A DNA stretch of 53,840 bases, taken from positions 1 to 53,840 of IMG/VR virus record IMGVR_UViG_3300007511_000030. The stretch is one strand, 5' to 3'. Shown piece after piece: positions 22,501-30,063 of this stretch. Position 1 is the stretch's first letter, and each line of letters begins with the position of its first letter. A program made the translations under genes and the position numbers. This DNA comes from a virus (lineage: Duplodnaviria; Caudoviricetes). The notes below the pieces were generated by a model, which searched no databases, was not told where the DNA came from, and worked only from the letters and a program-made list of their open reading frames with translations.

Positions 22501-23903
22501 TTGTCGCTGCAATGAAGATTGTTCAGGAAGATCCGGTCATCCATTCTCAGGAACTCGATCACATCGAAATGATGATGAACGCACTTCAGCGTAAACCCAT
22601 CGATGGTGGCAGCCGGTTCTTTGAGCCCCAACATAACTTATCGAAGAAGGCGCGCAACTTCACCGCAGTCACATTGCTTGGATGGACGGCACTGACGTCT
22701 ACCACTGACCCGGTGCTGCCTCTAATCCGTTCGGGATCAATTAAGGCTTGGCTCCGAGGAATGCGTGACTGGGCCAAAAACCCGAACTACCGGGACATGA
22801 TGCGCGAATCCGGCATAGCCATCGAGAACCTCGTGCATGAGCGACTGGTTCACCAGTACGGTGTGGACGGATCGAAACTTGCAACATCTTTCTTCAATGC
22901 AACGATGCTGACTCCGTGGACTCAGATGCAACGAGAGTGGGCAGGATTGGTCGGATACAACTGGTTCAAGGCCGAGCAGAAAAATTACTTCCAATACGGC
23001 AAAGATAGTCGACGAGGTAAGAGAGCGTTTCGTGTTTTGAAATCGTACGGCCTCGAGCATCTGATGAAAGATGGCGCCTACCAGCTCGATACACCGAACG
23101 ATATCGGCTCAGACGACGCTCTAAAGATGTCGCTGATTAAATTTGCTAACCAGTCCATCTACGCCCCCAACCCGAACGACATCCCAATGTGGGGTCAAAC
23201 ACCGATCGGGGCTATGGTGTTCCAGTTAAAGTCATTCCCGATGATGATGGGCCGTATGGTCGGTGGACGTAATGAAACCACGGGGATCATTCAGGAATTC
23301 AAAGCCGGGAACAAAACCCCCCTGCTCTATTTCGCGGCGATTGCCCCGTGGTTTGGTGCCGGATCACTGGCAGCCAAGGATTACGCGCAATTCCGTGGTG
23401 GCGATACCGAACGCGAGTCAGCCCTTCGAGAGCGATCTCTTAACAAGTCACTCGACTCGATCGGCTTGGAAGAATTAGCAGAGACGCTCGGCTATGATCC
23501 GCGCCTCCATCCAGACATGGACGCATGGCTCGGCAACTACGTTGAAGGCTTCGGGCATCTGGGTGGCTTGTCGTTACTCGGTGAGTTGATGCACAGCGCT
23601 GCTGCCAACGCAGACAACGGGCAGTACGGCGTGAACAGAATCATGTCGGCACTCCTTGGCCCCAGCTTCAGTCACACACAAGGAGCGATTGAAGTATTCC
23701 AGGGCGCTCACTCGATGATAAGGGGCGACGAAGCACCGGGGAAACGCAGGGCAGCGGCCAGACAAGTTGCCAGTCGCATCCCGATTCTTGGTGGAATCCG
23801 GGCGTTTAGGGAAGGTGTTGTGGATTCAGTCGCAGGAGAAGCGACTGCTCGGAAAAGCAAATCAAGTGGAAGTTGGGGATCTGGCTGGGGATCTAGCTGG
23901 TAA
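13593..23903 (+). CDS. Giant polyvalent ejection protein (3436 aa) with zincin metallopeptidase and ADP-ribosyltransferase-like domains
   Basis: N-terminal Gly-rich TM-like segments; HEVGH...EFFA; VVFWHGT...GPGFY...GYDG...VVWDQSQVK; a C-terminal helical region typical of large phage injected proteins. Confidence 0.8.
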   Translation: MPTLNELIAQQSNINENSDQWDYDVESIDKSKVLSDPRVLADMRRLFEVEGGKFDSDEDMVNYWYRLQSGGDTNLLLAGRLLAEASNDDQEMKRIKSRLARVRQHMPGPGEEGHPGWWEWTRGYVGNALWDITNFGGIGLAAKGIRGAALAGKIAKGKTATSAIGKKRMAQVGALEAGISGGQEAALNTMGQLRDIEIGVQDEFDYGELGLATGFGVLIGGVIGGAISGGATWFVGTRALSNIQKLRSAGWRDEDIAQLGEQQFKEAWQQSLPAPHIERTVPGDTIGMFNDPSMFEDGVPSGRPLTEEEVENLDRAPHYGSDTMSEEELALGAGIEPTRSPDSGLDAEERLLAEQRRQVEEELVDLRLSAEGSGPESTLWDQIQEAATRLSNIRKLQNWKARILREQAEIDAMLASNDPKRIEIGRIRTIDNAKTRAEYETLLRRVALDPSELDQLDQTLDQPSFLQSAETSWGADNLNAGQVIDPAGPPKPPEQVGPPKPSEPEPSSEAAAIGARGEPLPDTAPTTDATPTADTAPTTGDTATTTADAEPAQTKGRPKKLKDTHRQYLLDNNIVTEQQLEKTRPQRLAYKLAQHAGLGVKRPDGSNKTTEEILAEFDEWKTKADEDAASVEANETPVGETAASSAPKSAEDALVALSTEMILANPDSFLDRTIVFNRIEQNGLPKDVQDAMKDQWLTIMNQEPKSHHFLEGLNDEDAKWINREVGKRWKQIEQNATPMLMANPAMKEMYGSVDGFLKAARVRLEQQVRADYLEGKIGPRKRKKSATQTAIDKVEGSLGPRTDEQKTSAEIIAENLRIAREAKAQRDLERAVPQEAAPDEGTKTTARLTGEAQERGIQGETEARAYADLTGTKSPIKFRATGTERLSDTKRVDTENVDARRQREEAIEDAKSRADKGDAQATEELLELQKMGERVFKPAFAKKGQEAWYDPTTGRVFSNRNNINVANKIAEDVDLGPKVTPDAAHNAAAERRRVTLAEAIKNIKAKIDRNALLTEKEAVAYPEMQDELARLEARLGPKQEKSPDKTPEQVDDAELIYDEDGLESAVTPDEAGATVVQTGRRQVTNEDGDVEILDSVARTPEEHTVAITRAFQDYQESGNPQTLQDAIKRINEEFALEGTSIAIPEPSVQPGVRKGDRVVAIVKRDGDLSERKSKRVISQNQIAAGKGYRDLLGNAKEEDWIVGSVPRGISASDPNFAKHFVPDTPDDAPAIAKIPEGQPGSDQTSIDTFAAQTFELFSTPKTGGRVVTGPFSDIYEKILQVGTKYSEYFDNAAYKDGRIVITGSNLDRVILDLGHGFPESKKGGFAKTIDEHRDRVTMLETMLEVRRQLAPNGIRRQDEDLTQATDRLVNNIFSESDEATKTVARSVLQKLSIAYKLSPSGAPGRAPIIQANQDGGFGFAHGKNTIEVGDLGNGYAPNAGRLIHEVGHWAWDNILTDADKIEYLQMFNRYYNEDGSLNLAALEGRTIDNALIRTNALEGPGEFFASQLERWATQNVYRNEIGNETFWVRMVNYMKAIFDRYMDGRRIDPEMERLFKKILPANEARAAALRGPTTRAGTRAGQAIMNRAWALDDIMERLEGSLEGEDIEQSLFVPVELMHYLYSIGGGADGKNPLNAVAPIKSEIARASRELKDALNIPEGINFDRSIEVLSDIDPSSMEFVRRTELVRRLLDEGIVAEQPNVPMRPIRDIVEDIRQRLAKKFYNTEGEHYRTDNMPPSVKKYAYKNANGDYRAPGRKGGGRGRKYAAAAKQREKRKERVAKDLEKAQNMVAKDNGAPPVNSPSLKTLSDDELLTLWEQHSTGKFGKQIANEYGARVAARPLPVDPVEIPNEVFEMNTKDLLVAGRDAWRSGDSGRLHQVLYEYGRRAHNKNNPDNKIQAVRSKHVIDIMTRELADTVGDEANDGIPASARANVREILTQFSNRNPARQVAERRIMYRLLALAGRTQPGPEHENLVTNGDIYRLADFTGAERPKPRHPDSVFTDFGDPEFQSLRRSIREIVVGLQGSNKVAKGRGHVKSITDTLGHVIHSGILSEEDVTAVMKAYRPISRTDDMLRQKQNYNATGQLAKFERRTYADEERDDALHWFAFDTARLLNNSGSQISDPHLVNIQDRTIEGLAYVLNGQIKSKELKAKFPMLDAFGDMFAPLRVGGKHPLLDTLGRRTAIPQEYSVEYVGQLLESMTPQRFDAVMSFVGRGIGRASDSSPVVFWHGTASGPIEATPEFKVNMSDSGSVWGPGFYVTYGENARKAATFYASGAVSSRSYEFRIRDALEKGALTDKEAEEMLGVALDLLDARNVIRHNNALLRRIEQEITYEDPSMTFEDLNKNSRIARSIRESKEYMRVAGDVERFAQDMLREHGIGDDPHMIPMVAHINHPVDFRDARSYDMNSPLIREIVELGSTMGVLDSFALRRIDANFSRPLNGSDTYKALVDAFHANQNSLGKRHAKELLAKFLKDELGYDGMTYTHGFVDHNGDETLFDGAVVWDQSQVKALTAKEFDGTSDVFSQHVIQPRADVVDGVTPNGILMSAHIADARARNNAMNFSAIGNSLEEGGTSPRLVDTMRNMLKGKKATDSDIREVRKVARGLQLRTNSSRIRAWGGNWFADWVAPVEGTGYYESHHIMLAGKIMPIIKRLNDATSGHNVKGAMKRWMSKSNPLSKNMTAEEEKIAKALRRAPGNKYEKSLTPAGRETLAMIRGMFADEINEMEKAGIITGRIENYFPQIWSTEKIRRNMDDFRRGMARYFVHEAQDRGETLSMSDALHRADGMTETLLLEDGINLPPAGGGSRDKVTDHIDYQRLIRLDQYPEMVDALEPFLENNLRDVLVKYLDGTTSRLLFHNKFGVKNHGFYAYKKVIQEGEEGIIDLLVSDSIKMRPIKGRVGGEAVVEHANFKHRVINAPYSAESRNDAAVAVRQAMDLYRNRGALAAKKYLDDLSEEPNPEWGKRVDAIVAAMKIVQEDPVIHSQELDHIEMMMNALQRKPIDGGSRFFEPQHNLSKKARNFTAVTLLGWTALTSTTDPVLPLIRSGSIKAWLRGMRDWAKNPNYRDMMRESGIAIENLVHERLVHQYGVDGSKLATSFFNATMLTPWTQMQREWAGLVGYNWFKAEQKNYFQYGKDSRRGKRAFRVLKSYGLEHLMKDGAYQLDTPNDIGSDDALKMSLIKFANQSIYAPNPNDIPMWGQTPIGAMVFQLKSFPMMMGRMVGGRNETTGIIQEFKAGNKTPLLYFAAIAPWFGAGSLAAKDYAQFRGGDTERESALRERSLNKSLDSIGLEELAETLGYDPRLHPDMDAWLGNYVEGFGHLGGLSLLGELMHSAAANADNGQYGVNRIMSALLGPSFSHTQGAIEVFQGAHSMIRGDEAPGKRRAAARQVASRIPILGGIRAFREGVVDSVAGEATARKSKSSGSWGSGWGSSW
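15155..15236 (+). repeat. Low-complexity T/A/P linker repeat in the giant protein
   Basis: GACACCGCTCCCACCACCG occurs twice; encodes DTAPTT...DTAPTT. Confidence 0.6.
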
Positions 23904-24147
23904 TCTCGTCTGAGCCCATCTCTTCCCTGAGCTCTATCGTAAGACGAGCTGACAGAAACGCCGGGGTGCCCTGCCCCATCCACGCTCCTATGACGTTGAA
24001 CTCAAAGTATTCGATCGCTTCTTCGAAGGCCATGCCATCGGCTTCAAGCAGTTCAATACACTTCTCTTCGTCCAGCAAGATAAACGTGTCTGAGAATCGG
24101 CGGACAACGCCGATGACTGCGGACTCAAACCCATCAGGCACTAGCAT
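23893..24147 (-). CDS. Conserved phage hypothetical protein
   Basis: DGFESAVIG...EEAIEYFEFNVIGAWMGQGTP pattern common in aquatic phages; GGGAG upstream of ATG 24147. Confidence 0.75.
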   Translation of the reverse strand: MLVPDGFESAVIGVVRRFSDTFILLDEEKCIELLEADGMAFEEAIEYFEFNVIGAWMGQGTPAFLSARLTIELREEMGSDEITS

Positions 24148-24343
24148 TCGTGTTGTGCTCCCGTAGCCAGTCTGCATACTCCTCTAACGTCAGCCCAAAT
24201 TTCTTGTCGAACCACCTGGCCCAACTAATGCCGGAGGGCGTTCGTTCGAACCGTCTTTTCCAGGCGTATCTCGCAGCATGGTGCCGTAACTGTAGTTGAT
24301 CCTGTTGATATTTCTGTTTATCGAAGGCCACACTTAGCAACAA
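24134..24343 (-). CDS. Hypothetical protein
   Basis: Overlapping ORF within the leftward operon. Confidence 0.55.
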   Translation of the reverse strand: MLLSVAFDKQKYQQDQLQLRHHAARYAWKRRFERTPSGISWARWFDKKFGLTLEEYADWLREHNTNASA

Positions 24344-24620
24344 TCAGTGCCCAGGCTTCACGCGCCGGGGCTTCTCTTATATCTGCATCTGCTTTCAAGT
24401 CAGCAAGTTGGTTCTCCAACTCTTCTTTATGTTTGAGCAAGTGTCTGACCTTGTCCTGCGCCTTCTTCACCTGACCTTCGTTGTCTCCGAACATAAGCCA
24501 TTGCAATCTGGCGCGAACACTGCTGATTTCGATGTCAATCTTGTTCAACTGTTTCTTCTTATCCCTGTAGGCAATAACGGCTGTCTGCCATTTATCGATC
24601 AATTCTTCTGTGTTTTTCAT
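24318..24620 (-). CDS. Coiled-coil hypothetical protein
   Basis: ATGA overlap with the exonuclease stop codon. Confidence 0.65.
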   Translation of the reverse strand: MKNTEELIDKWQTAVIAYRDKKKQLNKIDIEISSVRARLQWLMFGDNEGQVKKAQDKVRHLLKHKEELENQLADLKADADIREAPAREAWALIVAKCGLR

Positions 24621-25435
24621 TCGAGCTCCAAGGGGTAGTAAGCGTTGTACTGTCCGCAAGTTGCTTCAGCAGGTTCATCGTGAAGTAAGCACCACCATTT
24701 TTTAAAATGGTTTGGCTTGTCCACGGGCACTGCATTTTCGCAGGTAACGCAGGTCTTAGGAATATCCGCCTCAGACGGATTCCAGCATACCTGCTGCCTG
24801 AAACACATTCGACATCTCCAATCGTCTGACGATCTCGAGATCTTCCTTGCCTGGTTGCGCATCACGACTTCGATGCGATGCTGCATATTCGAAAAAACGA
24901 ATGGGTCAAAGTCGATGTACTCCGCATGGTACTCGGACGTGTTCTTGTTATATGCGATGAAAAACGATCGCTCGAAATTTCCCAGCCCCATCATCAACTG
25001 GCACTGAGCCACGTATTTGGGGTGACTCTTTGCGACCCCATGCTTCTTAAACTTCTTCCAATTAGAGTCATTCATGCTTTTGACTTCTAACAAAAGCAGC
25101 TCTTCATCAATGACGACTCGACCATCCATGTGAGCACGAACGTGGCCACCGTGATCGGTTAATTCATATTGCCGTCCAGTGATGTTGTCTTTCTCAAAAA
25201 CATCCAGACCTGCTGTCTTCATGTCGGCAACGACAATGTCTTCAATCTTGTGCCCAAGCAAAAAGATTCGCTTAAGTTTCGGGCTTATCGGATCTTCTGG
25301 GAAGCCTCGCAACGAGTACGCCAGATATGCCTCACACTCATTTCCAATAATCGAAGCGCCAATATATTGGCGAGGGGCTGACTCCTGATGTCGATCCCAG
25401 GCATTGAAATTTTCGAGAATGTCTTTGATCAACAT
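24617..25435 (-). CDS. Cas4-like PD-(D/E)XK exonuclease
   Basis: GASIIGNEC, HMDG...LEVKS, Q-x-Q-x-M and C-terminal CRMC...C Fe-S cysteines. Confidence 0.85.
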   Translation of the reverse strand: MLIKDILENFNAWDRHQESAPRQYIGASIIGNECEAYLAYSLRGFPEDPISPKLKRIFLLGHKIEDIVVADMKTAGLDVFEKDNITGRQYELTDHGGHVRAHMDGRVVIDEELLLLEVKSMNDSNWKKFKKHGVAKSHPKYVAQCQLMMGLGNFERSFFIAYNKNTSEYHAEYIDFDPFVFSNMQHRIEVVMRNQARKISRSSDDWRCRMCFRQQVCWNPSEADIPKTCVTCENAVPVDKPNHFKKWWCLLHDEPAEATCGQYNAYYPLELE

Positions 25436-25466
25436 AAAAAAAGGGGGGCGGTTTCCCGCCCCCCAG
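25436..25466 (-). terminator. Rho-independent terminator after SSB
   Basis: GGGGGGCGG-GAAA-CCGCCCCCC followed by a T run on the minus strand. Confidence 0.8.
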
Positions 25467-25469
25467 TGG

Positions 25470-25979
25470 TCAGGCGAAGTTCAACTCGTCGTTAAAGAGA
25501 TGCGAGTCATCATCGGGTGAGGAGGAGGCACCCGAAGATGTGGGAGGCACCGCACCATTCGCCTGATAGTATGTCTTCACCTCGCGCTTAGGCCCATACA
25601 CATTGCCTGTTCGGGGATCTTTGCGTTCCTTGCTCATCCCGACCGACACACCAACACGCAATCCAGACAGTGTCGATATATCTCCGGGCTTATTGGGGTT
25701 GTCGTGACCCCCGAACTCGAGGATGGCCTTCAGTTTTTCCCGGCCAATTTTTTGAGCGATATCGCTTTCATTCTGGATGTTCAGCCAGTCGGTGATGGTG
25801 CCAGATCCACCTTCATCTCGGAACTCAACCTTCAGTTGTCGCCCCCGACCGCTCTTGGTCTTCACGATTTCGGCGTTAATCACCGAACAGTTGTAGTTGC
25901 CGGGTTCGAGGATCGCACTACCACCACGAACATCAACATTACCCAAATCTAAATCCGCAAAGCCTGTCCACTCACTCAT
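25470..25979 (-). CDS. Single-stranded DNA-binding protein (DUF669-like)
   Basis: LEPGNY...AEIVKTKSGRG...LKVEF and an acidic, aromatic C-terminus; adjacent to Sak4. Confidence 0.8.
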   Translation of the reverse strand: MSEWTGFADLDLGNVDVRGGSAILEPGNYNCSVINAEIVKTKSGRGRQLKVEFRDEGGSGTITDWLNIQNESDIAQKIGREKLKAILEFGGHDNPNKPGDISTLSGLRVGVSVGMSKERKDPRTGNVYGPKREVKTYYQANGAVPPTSSGASSSPDDDSHLFNDELNFA

Positions 25980-26794
25980 GATTTCTTCTCCTGTTTCTGT
26001 TTCTGCGCCTCAGCTTTGGCGCGTTTTGCCGTCTCAACCCACTTCCCATATTCGTTGTCGTCCATAGACATACGATCGAACAGGGATATGATGTTGTCGC
26101 ACCGCTCAACTGGCCGAAGCCGATTGCGCGGATCGCGAACTTTTCCGTGCCACCCCTTTACTTCTTCAGTGATGATGAAGCGCTCGATATGCACATGCGG
26201 TGGGTCGCCCGTCGTTCGGCGAATCCCGCACAACACATGATCGAATAGCGCTGGCACCTGCTTTGCCACCTTCTTTGATTTGAGCAGTGGCCAGTAATGC
26301 GTCTGGTCATTGTCGTCTTGCTCTTCAGCAGCAAGCGCAGTGATATAAATGTGCATGGGCAGATCACGCACATACTTCATGGCTCCAATAATTTGGGTAC
26401 TGTGCGCCCCGTACTTCTCGAAACCGTTGCTGCCAAATTCTTCTTCGGCCCACGCCATACATCGATCAGACAGTTCGGTAAGACTATCAATACAGAGCCA
26501 CTTGTACTTCTGTTTTTTGAAGTCGGGGGTATTCATCATCTTGATAATCCCCTTGAATGAATAGATCCCCTGCTCAGGATCGTTGACCCCGTCCCACGAC
26601 GAGAAGTCCAGGTAGTCGATGCCACAGTCCTCGATCGACTTAAGCCCCGCTTCACCACTAATGATGAACCCCGGCCCCAATGACTCTTGAAGGTATCGGC
26701 ATTGATAAGTCTTGCCGAACCCATGATGCGCCACTAACAATGTCTTGCTTGCTGACGCCACAGAACCGTCATTCGCTTTCTTCGGTTTGAACAT
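25976..26794 (-). CDS. sak4: Sak4-like ssDNA-annealing ATPase (AAA_24)
   Basis: Walker A HGFGKT, EAGL, IDSLTE and FDHV motifs; next to SSB. Confidence 0.85.
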   Translation of the reverse strand: MFKPKKANDGSVASASKTLLVAHHGFGKTYQCRYLQESLGPGFIISGEAGLKSIEDCGIDYLDFSSWDGVNDPEQGIYSFKGIIKMMNTPDFKKQKYKWLCIDSLTELSDRCMAWAEEEFGSNGFEKYGAHSTQIIGAMKYVRDLPMHIYITALAAEEQDDNDQTHYWPLLKSKKVAKQVPALFDHVLCGIRRTTGDPPHVHIERFIITEEVKGWHGKVRDPRNRLRPVERCDNIISLFDRMSMDDNEYGKWVETAKRAKAEAQKQKQEKKS

Positions 26795-27212
26795 TTTTCC
26801 CTCCCACTTCTTGGACGGACACTTTCGCCCCGCCCCGTGTTATTGAAAGAGCATCAGTGATGCCCTCCTTCTCTTCTTCATCGAGCCTCTCGTACGCCTT
26901 TCTCGATATCGAATATGTAGTTGTCACCCACTTCGGGGGCACAGGGCCGTATCGTTGTTTGAGTAACTCGGTATCCCAAGTCCATCTGGCCCCACGTTTA
27001 CAACGCACGAGGTATCCGTCAAGATCCATTGACCAATCGCCAATGTCCCTCGGGAATTCCTCTTTTAGTTCTTCGTCAATCTCGCTGAGGCGCTCTTTCG
27101 CAATCTTGATTCCGCGCTCAATATTCAGACGCTCGCGACATAACTGTGCCGCAGGGCTGAGGGGTTTCTCTTCCCCCCCTCCTGGCTCAAGATAGTCCCA
27201 GTCTTTCTCCAT
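26769..27212 (-). CDS. Hypothetical recombination-module protein
   Basis: GGGGAG RBS before ATG 27212; usual position upstream of Sak4. Confidence 0.7.
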   Translation of the reverse strand: MEKDWDYLEPGGGEEKPLSPAAQLCRERLNIERGIKIAKERLSEIDEELKEEFPRDIGDWSMDLDGYLVRCKRGARWTWDTELLKQRYGPVPPKWVTTTYSISRKAYERLDEEEKEGITDALSITRGGAKVSVQEVGGKNVQTEESE

Positions 27213-27235
27213 GATGCTCCCCCTGATGCTCTGCG

Positions 27236-27297
27236 TCACACCTGACCGGGTGTGATTTGGATGCGAGTAGTGTATCATATACCGAACGGAGCGCAAG
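27236..27297. promoter_or_regulatory. Divergent promoter region with an inverted repeat
   Basis: Minus-strand TTGCGC-N16-TACACT with a TG extension; palindrome TCACACC-tgaccg-GGTGTGA at 27236-27255. Confidence 0.55.
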
Positions 27298-27298
27298 C

Positions 27299-27541
27299 AT
27301 GAAACGACAAAAATTCAACGTGGCCAGATTAGTCAAAGACATGGGGGGGGCAAGCGCCGTGGCGAATCTGCTCGGCACCCCCCGGACCGCCCCGTACCGT
27401 TGGATAAGGCATCGTTATGTCTCGAGTCGAATGCTGGAAGCTCTGAAGTGGCATCACCCAGACTTAAAAATCGACGAATACTTTGAGGACTACGACAACG
27501 ATGACAACGATGACAACGAGCACAACCCAAACCTGCACTAA
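27299..27541 (+). CDS. Cro-like helix-turn-helix protein
   Basis: MGGASAVANLLGTPRTAPYRW fits the Cro/YdaS HTH pattern. Confidence 0.8.
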   Translation: MKRQKFNVARLVKDMGGASAVANLLGTPRTAPYRWIRHRYVSSRMLEALKWHHPDLKIDEYFEDYDNDDNDDNEHNPNLH

Positions 27542-29411
27542 CACACTCGACTCAGCGCTTGAATATCTTGAACGGGGATGGTCAATCATCCCCGTTCGCG
27601 TTTCTGGGCAGGGGAAGAAGATCCCTCACATCAAATGGAAGGAGTTTCAGACAAGACAAGCAACCCCGGAAGAAGTCGAATCCTGGTTTACCCAGTGGCC
27701 AGATACAGGCATCGCCCTTGTGACAGGCGCGATATCCGGTATCTATATAGTTGATTGCGACACTATCGAGGCACAACGAGAAGCTGATCGAATCGGCCTG
27801 CAAACCTTCATCAAGACCCGCACCCAACGGGGCAAGGAAGGCTGTCACCTGTACTTCGAGCATCCGGGCGACGGCAAGTTGCGGGGTAACAAGGTAGGCG
27901 TCAACGCTGACGGGGTCTCTTGGCCCAAGATAGACGGACTCGATTTCCGGGGCGACGGTGGCTATGCCCTGCTCCCCCCATCCAAGGGGTATGAGTGGGA
28001 CATTCCAGTGGGCATTAGCCCAGACGATATGGCTATCTGGACAGACCCCCAGATCACGGCCAGCGTGGTGGACATCAACACGCGGGAAGAATTCGACCTA
28101 TCCAGCCTCGATCTGTCGTCAGTTTCAGCTAGGAACCACATCCCAGAGTGGGACAAGACATATCAGTTTGTCAGGGATAAGTTCCCCACCACCCTGAAGA
28201 TCCCTTCGGGCTGCGGTAACGGTCGCAATGATCGTGTGATGAGACACATCAGCGACTCAATTATTCGGGGCTTTTGGGGCGACGAGCTGCGCGCGAAGGG
28301 CCGGTCATTCATGCGGGAGTTCTTCGAAGAGCCTCTCCCCGAACCAGAATTCCTCGCGACAGTCGCCTCGATGGAAGCCGCTGAGCGCCGTAATCACCCC
28401 GAGCGCCTAGAGAAACACGAGAAGCCTGCACAACCCTCGTCTGACATCGTGTTACTCACGGAGAACGATGCTGATCGCCTGATCGGGGAAGCCTCGAGCC
28501 GTGCCTATATCGTTGAGCCATGGCTCTGGCCCGAATCAATCACCCAAATCCACGGCTATTCCGGGTCGGGAAAGTCGATGTTCCTACAACACATCTTATA
28601 TGCCGCCGCCACTGGCCAAGACCGCTTCGGCCCCTACCTCCTTGGCAGACGGGCTCGAGTTCTATATCTCGATTTTGAAATGGGGCGAGGCACAATCGGA
28701 TCCCGGCTCAAAACACTGGAAGGAATGTATGGGCCAAGTGAGGGGTACTACCAGGTCTGGGCGCCCTTCTCAGACGAGGACATGGACTTGAAAAAACCGG
28801 GGGGTTTGAGCCGCCTGGATACGGTCATCAAAGCAGCCAACCCTGAGATTGTCGTTATTGATACCAATCGCTCTGCCTTCGTGGGCCTGGAAGAGAACAG
28901 CGCTGAGGGCTGGTCGTACGTCAACAGAGTGCTTCTCAGACTGCGGGACATGGGGCTGGCAGTTATCTCGGTACACCACAGCAACAAGCCGGGTGAGTCA
29001 GGCCTTGGTCGGGAAGCCGGATCGACCGGCCAACTTGCGATTCTCGACACCCAGATCAGGGTCGCGCAGGTCTATGAAGACGAGACAACAGCCAAGCAAA
29101 ATGCGGGGATCTGGGATGCGTCGTACAGCACGCCTGTATTCCCCGCTATGAGCCGTTCGCTGTCTGAGGACTTCGATCTACAGATGGTGATGGAACTGCG
29201 TTACAGGAAGGTACGGGAGTGGACAGAGCACCATGAGTGGGGCCAATGGGTTGGGTTTGGGGTGAACCATCAGGACGAAAGCCGGATGGTGGTGGGTAGC
29301 CGAAGCCCCCGACAGAAGGCTCAGGCGTTGGCGAGTCAGGGCACACCCTTGAAAGAGATCGCAAAGACCCTTCATAAACCGCTCAAAGCAGTTAAGGAGT
29401 GGGTCGGATGA
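27501..29411 (+). CDS. Bifunctional primase-polymerase fused to an AAA_25 (RepA-like) helicase
   Basis: YLERGWSIIP, IVDCD, HLYF, DFRGDGGYALLPPS; Walker A GYSGSGKS, LYLDFE, VVIDT, VHHSNK. Confidence 0.9.
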   Translation: MTTMTTSTTQTCTNTLDSALEYLERGWSIIPVRVSGQGKKIPHIKWKEFQTRQATPEEVESWFTQWPDTGIALVTGAISGIYIVDCDTIEAQREADRIGLQTFIKTRTQRGKEGCHLYFEHPGDGKLRGNKVGVNADGVSWPKIDGLDFRGDGGYALLPPSKGYEWDIPVGISPDDMAIWTDPQITASVVDINTREEFDLSSLDLSSVSARNHIPEWDKTYQFVRDKFPTTLKIPSGCGNGRNDRVMRHISDSIIRGFWGDELRAKGRSFMREFFEEPLPEPEFLATVASMEAAERRNHPERLEKHEKPAQPSSDIVLLTENDADRLIGEASSRAYIVEPWLWPESITQIHGYSGSGKSMFLQHILYAAATGQDRFGPYLLGRRARVLYLDFEMGRGTIGSRLKTLEGMYGPSEGYYQVWAPFSDEDMDLKKPGGLSRLDTVIKAANPEIVVIDTNRSAFVGLEENSAEGWSYVNRVLLRLRDMGLAVISVHHSNKPGESGLGREAGSTGQLAILDTQIRVAQVYEDETTAKQNAGIWDASYSTPVFPAMSRSLSEDFDLQMVMELRYRKVREWTEHHEWGQWVGFGVNHQDESRMVVGSRSPRQKAQALASQGTPLKEIAKTLHKPLKAVKEWVG

Positions 29412-29614
29412 TCCGGGCGTCAGCAGACTTCTCGAGGGGCGCGCGTTTTGGTCAACTTACGATCTTGAGAAGAAGCCCTGCTCCGAAGTCTGTTGGGGCA
29501 AGACTCGGAAGAAAATACTGGCTCTGCGCTTGCGACTGCGGGAGATCTACAATCGTGCGTACAGATCAACTTACCAGTGGCAAAAAACAATCGTGTGGTT
29601 GTACGAAATCCTGA
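29408..29614 (+). CDS. Stand-alone N-terminal Zn domain of the AP2/HNH homing-endonuclease family
   Basis: RFGQLT...WLCACDCG...L.SG...SCGC; ATGA overlap with the primase stop. Confidence 0.7.
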   Translation: MIRASADFSRGARFGQLTILRRSPAPKSVGARLGRKYWLCACDCGRSTIVRTDQLTSGKKQSCGCTKS

Positions 29615-29708
29615 GTGTTCCGTACGAAGCATTCACCCCCGCTACCCACCAGTGACCAGACCTTCTATCCGACGTATTTAACGTGAATTTCAGGCAGCGG
29701 GGGTAAAT

Positions 29709-29894
29709 CTATTCGGCTGGCGCCTGTTCCTGAGTCTGGTTGCTTGAGCCACCAGTGGCATCAGCATCGCTCGATGCGCCACCACTGGTCGATCCCACTT
29801 CTACGCAACCGACAAGAAATACGTGGGCCAGAACGATTGCCACGGCCCCGGTCATGTAGGTAATTGTCCAGAATTTCTTTGCTAGTTCAGTCAT
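29709..29894 (-). CDS. Small lipoprotein
   Basis: Hydrophobic signal, lipobox LVGC, short polar tail. Confidence 0.65.
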   Translation of the reverse strand: MTELAKKFWTITYMTGAVAIVLAHVFLVGCVEVGSTSGGASSDADATGGSSNQTQEQAPAE

Positions 29895-30063
29895 TGGTTG
29901 AACTCTCCTTGTGCGTCAAATGAAACCCAGTGTGGACAGTGTGATCCCCGACAGTTGCCGACAACCTGGCTGCGCACCCCGATAGTAGAAACACCGCTGC
30001 CAAAGTAATGTAAAAAACAACGATGAACTCCCAGCTAAAAATCTTCGAAATCATCTTAATCAT
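29887..30063 (-). CDS. Small lipoprotein
   Basis: GAGGGAG RBS before ATG 30063, hydrophobic helix, lipobox LSGC. Confidence 0.65.
   Translation of the reverse strand: MIKMISKIFSWEFIVVFYITLAAVFLLSGCAARLSATVGDHTVHTGFHLTHKESSTND

Noticed and set aside
24617-25435. CRISPR-Cas system from the Cas4-like gene
   Set aside because: No other cas genes or array; the SSB/Sak4 context indicates a phage recombination exonuclease.
27494-27520. GACAACGAT 9-bp tandem repeat as a replication origin
   Set aside because: Only three short units within the cro/primase overlap, with no AT-rich unwinding region; insufficient evidence.
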